A DNA stretch of 64,000 bases, taken from positions 160,001-224,000 of the forward strand of contig JAVHQC010000033.1 of assembly GCA_036170915.1 (NCBI GenBank), read 5' to 3'. Positions 56,165-64,000 of this stretch are shown here, piece by piece; the stretch's first letter is position 1, and each line of letters begins with the position of its first letter. The DNA comes from Cyanobacteria bacterium auto_48_18 (GTDB lineage Bacteria; Cyanobacteriota; Vampirovibrionia; Obscuribacterales; Obscuribacteraceae). The notes under the pieces are model-generated. The model worked only from the letters and a program-made list of their open reading frames with translations. It had not been told where the DNA came from and ran no database searches. The position numbers were made by a program, and so were the translations under genes.

Positions 56165-56497
56165 AACTCGATTTTAGAGTTCGTCTTTAAGATCGCCACC
56201 GAAGTGATAGCGGTCGTTAAACCAGATGGCAACAAATGCGCTCATAGCTGTCAGAGAAAGCCCTAATACATATTCCATTTGTTTGCCTCACTCCTGATTT
56301 GCAGTTTAGTTCTTATGCACTTAGTGACCTGCTCATGCTTCATTAGTGCCATTTTTCTGCTTAAGAGTGGGTTAAGAAGTACGGTGGGCATTGCTTAAAC
56401 TCGCTGGGGCAGCCTGACCCCAGCGGGAACAACGTCTCTTGGCCTATCGTCGTAACACACATGCGATAATGGCAGTAGTTCGAGTCCGAGGCCCGAT

Positions 56498-57928
56498 ATG
56501 CTCAAGTTAAACTCTCAAATTATTAAAACCCTTGCCCTGTCCCAGGCGTTGGTCTTGAGTTTAGCTGCGCCCGTGGCTCTCGCCGCCAGCAGCAAAGTTT
56601 CACCTGAGATCGTCAAGTTAGACAATATTGAAACAGTCATTTATGGTGCGCCTAAAACCAGTGAATCTACTGATAGCCGCCTTAAGAGTTTAGAAGTGAA
56701 ATTGTTTGGTGTTAGCCGCAAAGGCACGACAACTGAAAGGTTATCGGGCATTGAAAAGACACTTTCTTATGGCAGTGGAGCCGCCACCGGCTCGCTTTTG
56801 CCTCCTCTGGCGCCAACTTTGGACACAAGCAGTAGCTCTGCGGCAGAAGTGCCTCCTGCTTACATTGATGCAGCTGAACGCTTTGCTACATCTAATGGAT
56901 CATCTAATGGATCATCTAATGGCTCTTCTAATGGCTCATTTAATTCATCGGGCAGTTACAGTGTCGACTCTTCCGGCGCTCTGGCCGAAGCCATGCAGCT
57001 TTATCAAGAAGGCAAAATACCTGAAGCCGAAAGCGCTTTTCATGGCATAGTCTCCAAAGATCCAAGCAATGGAGACGCATACTATAATTTGGCCGTCATT
57101 GCTGAAGGCAAAGGCGACTTCAATGGTGCACTTTCGTACTATCGCAGCGCCCTTAATCTCAACCCTCAAGACACTGATTTGCAAAGCGCTGTTGCCAGCG
57201 TGCAGAACAAATTGCGTCCAGCTCAAGCTAATCAAGTTATGTCCAGTGCACCAGCTGCAGTGGCGCAGGGCCCTCAGGACGCAGCCCGCAAGCAGCAACT
57301 TAAGAATGCAGTGGCATCAGCTTCTACTGATTACAAAGCCGGCCGATACGACTCTGCTGTGTCTAAACTAAATAATGTCGCTTCGCAAGTACCAGACGAC
57401 GCCGATGTGCAATTCGCTCTGGCTCAAGCATTTCGCGCCAAAGGTGATCTCAACAATGCTCGTAGCCATATGGCCAGAGCTTCTGCACTTAATCCTGCCA
57501 GCACCACTTTTGGTGGCGCTCTAAATGATATTGATCGCGCTATTGCTTCTAAAGGCACCGCGTCTTCCGGGTCCAGTGGATCTTTTCCTCAGTCGAGCCC
57601 CGGACTATCTCCTGCTGATACTTTCGCTTCATCAAATTCGAACCCTGCACTAGCTGGCCAACCTGAAGGTCAGATTACTCCCTTTGCCGGCAGCAAGGCG
57701 GGTAACCTGAACAGTGGCGGTGGTGGTCTCAATGGTGTTGCATACAGTGCTCGTTCGCAGAGCAGCCGATTGAAAAAAGCTGCCACCTATGGTCTGGCTG
57801 GCGCCGCTGCTGGTGCGCTTTCTGGAGCTTTGTTTAATTCAGGTGGCTCGCGTATGGGCAGTGCTAAAAATTCAGCTTTGCGTGGTGCTGTGCTAGGTGC
57901 CGTCTTTGGCTTTGCTACCGGTAGATGA
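56498..57928 (+). CDS. Secreted TPR protein with a glycine-zipper C-terminus
   Basis: Signal peptide, RL..LE repeats, DAYYNLA, ALNLNP; SNGS microrepeat at ~56891-56938. Confidence 0.8.
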   Translation: MLKLNSQIIKTLALSQALVLSLAAPVALAASSKVSPEIVKLDNIETVIYGAPKTSESTDSRLKSLEVKLFGVSRKGTTTERLSGIEKTLSYGSGAATGSLLPPLAPTLDTSSSSAAEVPPAYIDAAERFATSNGSSNGSSNGSSNGSFNSSGSYSVDSSGALAEAMQLYQEGKIPEAESAFHGIVSKDPSNGDAYYNLAVIAEGKGDFNGALSYYRSALNLNPQDTDLQSAVASVQNKLRPAQANQVMSSAPAAVAQGPQDAARKQQLKNAVASASTDYKAGRYDSAVSKLNNVASQVPDDADVQFALAQAFRAKGDLNNARSHMARASALNPASTTFGGALNDIDRAIASKGTASSGSSGSFPQSSPGLSPADTFASSNSNPALAGQPEGQITPFAGSKAGNLNSGGGGLNGVAYSARSQSSRLKKAATYGLAGAAAGALSGALFNSGGSRMGSAKNSALRGAVLGAVFGFATGR

Positions 57929-58617
57929 TCATGAAAAAGAAGACAATCAACTATTTGTTATTGCTAGTGGCCTTGAGCTGCAACTCCTATACTCCTGATG
58001 CGCACGCGGCCGGGTCTGTGCTAAAGGGCGGAGTGCGTTTAGAGAATGGTTCTACCAGATTAGCTAGACCATCAGGCAATAGTGCTCCCACGCTTTCTAC
58101 CGCTGACGCCGCGCCGCCGGTTGCTCCTCAGCGTAATACCAGCCTCTTTGCCTCTGCACAGGGTTCAGGTTTAATCGACAAAACTGCTTTTACCGCTCTT
58201 CCTGCTGGGCCACTCAGTGGCGCTGCGCAAGCGCAAAATAACAAGTTCGACATTGGTGCCGAGCGCAATTCCAAACAACTGACTTTAGCCTGGGAAGCAT
58301 GGCACAAACAGCTTTCGTCAGAAATTTATGCTCGCTGGCAAGAAGTGGCGATGATTAGAGGCCGCGCCAGTATGAGGGTTACAGTCACTCGTGATCACCA
58401 TGTGATTGCACAGTTAACTTCGCCGTCGGGTAATCATCGTTTTGACAGAACGTTGCTCGATGTTGTGAACAGTTTAGATGGTAATCCTGGTCTGAATTTT
58501 CCTACCGGTTCGCAGCGTCCGCAAGTTTCTTTTGAAGCCGACTATATAGCCGATACCAACGTCAAGGGTGGCTACAGCTGGACCAAAAACGACTACGAAA
58601 CAGTGCAAGATCGCTAA
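57925..58617 (+). CDS. Secreted protein with a TonB/TolA C-terminal-like domain
   Basis: IYARW..VTVTRD..SPSGNHRFD..LNFP; ATGA overlap with the upstream gene. Confidence 0.6.
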   Translation: MIMKKKTINYLLLLVALSCNSYTPDAHAAGSVLKGGVRLENGSTRLARPSGNSAPTLSTADAAPPVAPQRNTSLFASAQGSGLIDKTAFTALPAGPLSGAAQAQNNKFDIGAERNSKQLTLAWEAWHKQLSSEIYARWQEVAMIRGRASMRVTVTRDHHVIAQLTSPSGNHRFDRTLLDVVNSLDGNPGLNFPTGSQRPQVSFEADYIADTNVKGGYSWTKNDYETVQDR

Positions 58618-58642
58618 GGCGCAAGCCAGTTAAATGTGCTTT

Positions 58643-60256
58643 TTAGGGCGATTTCGGTAAAAGATCATGATAGAGCACAACTGGTGTATCGCCCTGCAAA
58701 GCGTTGGCTTTAGCTGCTTCTGCCGCTGATAACAGAAGACCCAATTCGAGGAAGTCTTCTGGTACGCAAGCAGCACCAAAAGAAAGAGCCAGGGTGCGTT
58801 CGTCTACGCCTGTAGAGAGCGGTGACTTCATCAAAGAAGTAATCAATCGTTTGGCAAACACTCTGGCACCTTCACGATTAGTGTCAGGGCAGAGCAAAGC
58901 GTAATCGAAAGCTTCATAGTGTGCGAGCAAATCGTTGTGACGTTTAGCCTGAGAGATGCGCAGCACAGCTTCGCGCAAAGCACCAATGGGCAACGGTTCG
59001 CGAATAGATCCGTTAGGGCCGCTTTTGACGCGCATCTCAAAAACAATCACTGAAACCGGTCTGCCTGAGCGGTGACCGCGGAAATATTCTTGCTCGAGAA
59101 AATAGAGAAAAGCGGGAAAATTGAACATGCCGGTGTCGCCGCGGCGCAACTGCATAATTACAGATTGAATAGCAGCGCTGTCCACAGTTTTTGGTTCAAG
59201 CGCCGGCAGACTTTGATTGCCTTTTTTGGCCGGTTTAGTAAAAGCAGCCAGACCGCAACTGAGCATATTGCAAACAATTGGCACCCAGAGACTTCTGGCA
59301 TAACCCAATTTGGCTACGATTTCATCAGTGCTGAGTTTGTCGTCGATGGCGTCATAAAAACGCCTTTGCGCTACGAAATCTACAGGGATAGCTGGTTTCA
59401 GCAGCTTACGCAGTTCACCTTCGTCAACAATGCGTTGAGTTTTCACCATCACAGCGTCTGATTTGAATCCGCTGTTTTTGAGAAAATTCTGTTTGTCGAA
59501 AATCTGCGCGCCTTGAATAATCAAAGAGTCGAGTGGCTCGCTGATGGTTTTGTGCTTGGTCATTACCTTAGGCTGGAAGAAAAAGCGGCCGTCCTTCCAT
59601 GTAATTAACTCGTAGATGCATTCAGACCCTTTGGCTATGGGACTGGTGGCGTGAATAGGCTGACCATCAATGAAAAATACTTCGGCGGCACCAACATCAC
59701 TTTGAATTTCCAATCGGCCGGTCATTTTTGCCAGAGCAATAGACTGCAGCAACGCACCAATTTGCACAAAGGCCAGGTCACCATTAAGAACGGTACCGCT
59801 GGTGCGATTGAGTGGATTGTCGCCACCCACCGCAGGAATTGGAATAGTGGCTCTTTGCTTAGTCAGGGCATCGGGAATATAGAAGAATGCTTTTTCTTCT
59901 GCCTGTTCTTCTTGCGTGGCTGCTTGCGCGGTGACATGCTGCGTACCTTCGCGATCATTCAAGCTGGCTTCAATGCGATTGAAAACCAGAAGCGAATCGC
60001 AGCTGGTGAATTCCCAGAGCAATGCAGCTTGCCCGGCATTAGATGCAATCAACTTCCACTGCGGGTCGCCGCCCATAGGGTCGGCGTGAGCTGTGAGTTT
60101 GTACTCAGCACCTCTTGCGGCAGCGGGCCAAATCACTTCAACTTGCTTATCGAGATTCTCCAGAGCCCACGTGAGGATCTGGTGAATCGCCGTGGCGGTC
60201 GGATTGCCAGGCAGAATTTGAATTGACTTGGCCGCGTATTGCTTTTCTTTCTGCAT
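58643..60256 (-). CDS. DUF4388 (PatA-N-like) plus degenerate GGDEF domain protein
   Basis: GDL..LLQSI..TGRL..FF.DG..HA..W.DG.F.F; DLLAHYEAFDY at the GGDEF position. Confidence 0.75.
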   Translation of the reverse strand: MQKEKQYAAKSIQILPGNPTATAIHQILTWALENLDKQVEVIWPAAARGAEYKLTAHADPMGGDPQWKLIASNAGQAALLWEFTSCDSLLVFNRIEASLNDREGTQHVTAQAATQEEQAEEKAFFYIPDALTKQRATIPIPAVGGDNPLNRTSGTVLNGDLAFVQIGALLQSIALAKMTGRLEIQSDVGAAEVFFIDGQPIHATSPIAKGSECIYELITWKDGRFFFQPKVMTKHKTISEPLDSLIIQGAQIFDKQNFLKNSGFKSDAVMVKTQRIVDEGELRKLLKPAIPVDFVAQRRFYDAIDDKLSTDEIVAKLGYARSLWVPIVCNMLSCGLAAFTKPAKKGNQSLPALEPKTVDSAAIQSVIMQLRRGDTGMFNFPAFLYFLEQEYFRGHRSGRPVSVIVFEMRVKSGPNGSIREPLPIGALREAVLRISQAKRHNDLLAHYEAFDYALLCPDTNREGARVFAKRLITSLMKSPLSTGVDERTLALSFGAACVPEDFLELGLLLSAAEAAKANALQGDTPVVLYHDLLPKSP

Positions 60257-60287
60257 TAAATGGCTGCTTAACCTGAATTATACGGTC

Positions 60288-61475
60288 TTAGACTGTCGAT
60301 TTAGCCATGTCGTAGGTGATGGAATGTTTGGCCATGCGGTCAAAAGCTTCTGCAAGGCGAACCTTATCGACGCTCAAGGCGATGCGAACAAATCCTTCTC
60401 CGTTAGGTCCGTAAGCTGTGCCAGGCGGAACTACGATTCCCGCTTTCTCCAGCATAACAGTACTGAAGTCAGCGGAGCTCATTCCAGCTGGCGTCGGCAG
60501 CCAAATATAGAATGTGCCTTTGATCGGTTTGAGACTCCAACCCAGCTGATTAAGCCGTTCTACAGCCAGATCGCGTCTTTCAACATAGAGACTATTGCAA
60601 TATTGAATGTGGTCGGTTGGTCCTTCAAATCCGGCGATGGCCGCAAACTGAATGGCACGGAAAATATCAGTGTCAATATTCGACTTAATTTTGGCGATGG
60701 ATTTAATCGCTTCGGCATTGCCTACAGCAAAACCAATTCTCCAGCCAGTCATGTTGTAGCTTTTGGAAAGTGAATGTAGTTCGATGGCGATGTCTTTGGC
60801 GCCTTTGACTTGCAGTATCGACGGCGCTTTGTAGCCGTCAAAAGTCATTTCAGAATAAGCCTGGTCGTGGACAAGTAAGATGTCGTGCTTCTTGCAGAAG
60901 GCCACGGCTTTTTCGAAGAAGGCCATGTCGCAAACTGCGCCGGTAGGGTTGTTTGGATAGTTGAACATCAAAAGCTTAGCTTTTTTCAGCACCGCATCTG
61001 GTATCGCATCAAGATCGGGAATGAAATTGTTTGCTGGCGTAAGCGGCATAAAGTATGGCTCACCGCCTGCCAGAATAGTGGAGGTGCGATAAACAGGATA
61101 AGCCGGATCAGGAATGATGTTGACGTCACCTGAATCGACGAAAGCCATGATTGTGTTATGCAAGCCTTCTTTAGTGCCGATCATAGATGTGATCTCACTG
61201 GCCGGATCAATATCGATATTGAAGCGCTTCTTCAGCCACGTGCAGGCAGCAGTCTTAAATTCTTTGGTGCCGCCAAAGGGTGGATAGTGGTGGTTGATCG
61301 GTTTTTCCAACGCTTCGTGCATAGCGTCGACAATGTGACGCGGTGTCGGTTGGTCAGGGTCGCCTATGCCAAGGTTGATTACGTCTACGCCGGCTTCAAC
61401 AGCGGCCAGGCGCTTTTTGTCCATTTCGGCAAAGACATAAGGTGGAATTGACTTGAGCCTGCGAGAAACTTCCAT
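60288..61475 (-). CDS. dapL: LL-diaminopimelate aminotransferase
   Basis: PPYVFA, LGIGDPD, NYPNNPTGA, SLSKSYNMTGWRIG. Confidence 0.85.
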   Translation of the reverse strand: MEVSRRLKSIPPYVFAEMDKKRLAAVEAGVDVINLGIGDPDQPTPRHIVDAMHEALEKPINHHYPPFGGTKEFKTAACTWLKKRFNIDIDPASEITSMIGTKEGLHNTIMAFVDSGDVNIIPDPAYPVYRTSTILAGGEPYFMPLTPANNFIPDLDAIPDAVLKKAKLLMFNYPNNPTGAVCDMAFFEKAVAFCKKHDILLVHDQAYSEMTFDGYKAPSILQVKGAKDIAIELHSLSKSYNMTGWRIGFAVGNAEAIKSIAKIKSNIDTDIFRAIQFAAIAGFEGPTDHIQYCNSLYVERRDLAVERLNQLGWSLKPIKGTFYIWLPTPAGMSSADFSTVMLEKAGIVVPPGTAYGPNGEGFVRIALSVDKVRLAEAFDRMAKHSITYDMAKSTV

Positions 61476-61740
61476 TGATTTAGACCTTGGTTGATAGTGA
61501 TTTGATTGTGGGTATCGTTCTGATAACCAATCTGAGAGGGCATTTGCCATCAGACATTACCATAGCTTCACATATTCTTGGCCCAGCAGTTTGATTAGTA
61601 AGCATAGTTAACGTTCTTCTTAATATGGGCGTGCCCCTGCGGCTTTCCAGAGAGATAACGCTTAACGCCAGAGATGACAAGCGCCCGCCTCTCACTATAA
61701 TGCTGCAAGTACTGATCTGACGAGGTTACCTGACAGGCAC

Positions 61741-63498
61741 ATGCCGGCCGAAAGCAATACTGTTGAGTCGTGGAAGCTGAATAAAAACGTTCTGTTTGGC
61801 CTCGCTTTTGTAGTCTTAATCGCCTCTGTGGTGTTTTTCAAAGACCTCGGCTCGGTGCCGCTGTTCAATCCTGACGAAGCGCTTTACGCCGAGCCGGCGC
61901 GCGAAATGCTTGTAACCGGCGAATACATAACCACTTTGCTCAATTATGTTGTGCGTTTCACCAAGCCGCCGCTGTGTATTTGGGCCATGGCCGGCTGCTT
62001 TCAGCTCTTCGGAGTGAACGAGTTCGCCGCCCGTTTCTTCGGCGCTGCCTGCGGCGTGGTTTTAATTGCCGTCACATATCTAGCCGCTGCCAGATATATA
62101 TCTTTGCGCGCCGCATTAGTTGGCGCTTTGACTTTAGCCAGCGCGCCGCTTTTTGTCTTCACCGGACGCGAAGCAATCACCGACATGCCACTTTCGCTGT
62201 TTGGTGCTGGCACACAGCTGGCATTCTTTCACGCCAGTCAATCTAAATTTAGTTGTCGCGGTGCCATCTATCTAGGATACGTGCTGATTGGACTGGCCGT
62301 GATGACGAAAGGTCCGGTGGGCCTGGTTTTGCCCGTTGCGATTTTGTTCGCCTGGCATTTCCTCAAAGGCGATCTCTGGGCGGCATTTAAAAGTTATCGA
62401 CCATTAACAGGAGCGGCCATTGTCGCCGCCATTTCACTACCATGGTTTATCACTGAAATAGTTGTTACTCACGGCGCTTATTTTCAAGAATTTATTATCA
62501 GGGAAAATTTTCAGCGATTTACGGCCGTGGTAGATAATCATAAGCAACCAGTTTATTATCATTTGGTGGCCATGGCCGGGGGGTTCTTTCCCTGGACTGT
62601 TTATTTGCCACAGGCTCTGCTAGCGGCTCTGCTGCCGTTTTTCAGCGCACTCAAGCCTGTCGCCGTCGAGAAGACGAATGCCACCAGTGGCAGTGCACTA
62701 GTGAATTGTGTCAATTTTCTCAAAAGTCGTATGAGGCAATCGCAACTTTACCTTGCTGCAGTAAGCGATGGTGGCAGCCTGGCAATGTATTGCATTTTGT
62801 GGGCGACAATTACACTCGTGTTTTACAGTGCCTCGGTGTCTAAACTGTTAGCCTATACGCTGCCTGCTTTTCCCGCTCTCGCCATTGTGGTTGCCTGGGA
62901 GATGGAGCGTTGTTTCGTTCGTCAGGAACACGGCTTCAAACGCCTGGCCCTGCCGCTTATATTTGTGGTGCTGGCCTATGGGGCTGCCAGCGCAGTGGCA
63001 CCTGTAGTGGCACAAAAAGTGCGAGACGCTCCGGCTAGTATTGCTGGCCTTATTTCAGCTTATACCGCGATTCAAGTGGCTCTGGTCTTGGTCAGCCTAA
63101 TAGTGATGCGCACCCGCAAGCTTTTTGCTGGTGCACTTCTTTTAGCAGCGGGCAGCGCTCTGCTTTTGAGCATTCACATGGGTCGCGTGCTACCTGTGCT
63201 CTCAGCCAAACTCGAAGGACCTCTACCCAAGTATTCTTATTTTGCCGGGCAATCAAAAGATCCAATTCTTGTCTTTGACATGCGCAAACCCGGCGTGCCT
63301 TTCTATGCTCTACGTCAGGTAGAAAATGTCAATGGTCTTGATGCTCTCAACGCGCGTCTGAAGCAAATACCACAGGCTTACATTTTGTCTAAAGCTAATA
63401 AACTGGCCGCATTGAAAGAGTTGCCGGGTATGAAAGTTATCGCTTCTGAAGGCGATTATGCCATGGTGCAATTTGCAAAAGCTGACGCTGCGCCCTGA
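61741..63498 (+). CDS. ArnT/GT83-family glycosyltransferase
   Basis: DEALYAEPAREM, KPPL, EFAAR, TKGPVG, LPWF; polytopic. Confidence 0.9.
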   Translation: MPAESNTVESWKLNKNVLFGLAFVVLIASVVFFKDLGSVPLFNPDEALYAEPAREMLVTGEYITTLLNYVVRFTKPPLCIWAMAGCFQLFGVNEFAARFFGAACGVVLIAVTYLAAARYISLRAALVGALTLASAPLFVFTGREAITDMPLSLFGAGTQLAFFHASQSKFSCRGAIYLGYVLIGLAVMTKGPVGLVLPVAILFAWHFLKGDLWAAFKSYRPLTGAAIVAAISLPWFITEIVVTHGAYFQEFIIRENFQRFTAVVDNHKQPVYYHLVAMAGGFFPWTVYLPQALLAALLPFFSALKPVAVEKTNATSGSALVNCVNFLKSRMRQSQLYLAAVSDGGSLAMYCILWATITLVFYSASVSKLLAYTLPAFPALAIVVAWEMERCFVRQEHGFKRLALPLIFVVLAYGAASAVAPVVAQKVRDAPASIAGLISAYTAIQVALVLVSLIVMRTRKLFAGALLLAAGSALLLSIHMGRVLPVLSAKLEGPLPKYSYFAGQSKDPILVFDMRKPGVPFYALRQVENVNGLDALNARLKQIPQAYILSKANKLAALKELPGMKVIASEGDYAMVQFAKADAAP

Positions 63499-63526
63499 TA
63501 AAATCGTCTACTGATAAGTTCGTCCA

Positions 63527-64000
63527 CTAAACCGCTTGCCCCGCCGCATAACCTGATGCCCAGGCCCACTGAAAATTGTATCCACCTAGCATTCCTGTGA
63601 CGTCTACCACCTCGCCGATAAAATAGAGCCCTGGAGATTTCTTCGATTCCATCGTTTGGGATGAAAGTTCGCTGGTGTCTACACCACCTCTTGTTACTTC
63701 TGCTTTTTTATAGCCAACTGTGCGAGCCGGAGCCAACTGCCAGCCATGAATATTACTTGCCAGGTCAGCAATTTTTTTATCCGCCATGGTATTTATTGGA
63801 CCGTAAATGTCTAAATGGTGCGTAAAATATTCGGCAAAACGCTTGGGCAAAATTTCGGCCAGCACGTTTTTTATTTCCTGTTTAGAGCCGCCTTTTTTTA
63901 CTCTGCTTAAAAAGTCACTGGCATTTTGATCAGGTAAAAGGTCAATAGAGAGCTTGTCTCCTTGATTCCAGTAAAGTGAAATTTGCAGGCTGGCTGGCCC
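63527..64000 (-). CDS. HI0933/BaiN-family flavoprotein, 3' part
   Basis: AEVTRGGV, GLYFIGEVVDVTG.LGGYNFQWAWASG; frame is open to the window end. Confidence 0.92.
   Translation of the reverse strand, partial: GPASLQISLYWNQGDKLSIDLLPDQNASDFLSRVKKGGSKQEIKNVLAEILPKRFAEYFTHHLDIYGPINTMADKKIADLASNIHGWQLAPARTVGYKKAEVTRGGVDTSELSSQTMESKKSPGLYFIGEVVDVTGMLGGYNFQWAWASGYAAGQAV

Overview
Bacterial chromosomal window. From protein style and gene content I infer a non-photosynthetic cyanobacterial relative (Vampirovibrionia/Obscuribacterales-like); this is unverified. Housekeeping genes flank the window (uvrC, rarA, oppF-like, 3-hydroxyacyl-CoA dehydrogenase, dapL, ArnT-like, HI0933-like). Three accessory systems stand out. 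(1) A 12-tRNA array (4122-5603) with many non-canonical tRNAs, containing two unannotated small ORFs that both end in S-T-R-A-stop on a shared DNA motif. (2) A minimal type IV secretion-like locus (17.9-36.4 kb): four independently transcribed VirB2-like pilin genes with identical mature proteins, two Cys-rich truncated paralogs of the VirB6 N-terminus, a 2063-aa VirB6-like protein, VirB3/PrgI-, VirB4-, VirB8- and VirD4-like genes, then a serpin. (3) A 12-gene minus-strand biosynthetic-looking operon (37.7-51.6 kb) with a Fur-family regulator, three PLP enzymes, twin CooC-like ATPases, a hydroxylase, an FAD oxidoreductase, a GNAT and two methyltransferases, but no scaffold synthetase; a lone replication-relaxation (relaxase-like) gene follows it. 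All family calls come from motif recognition by eye; no searches were run.
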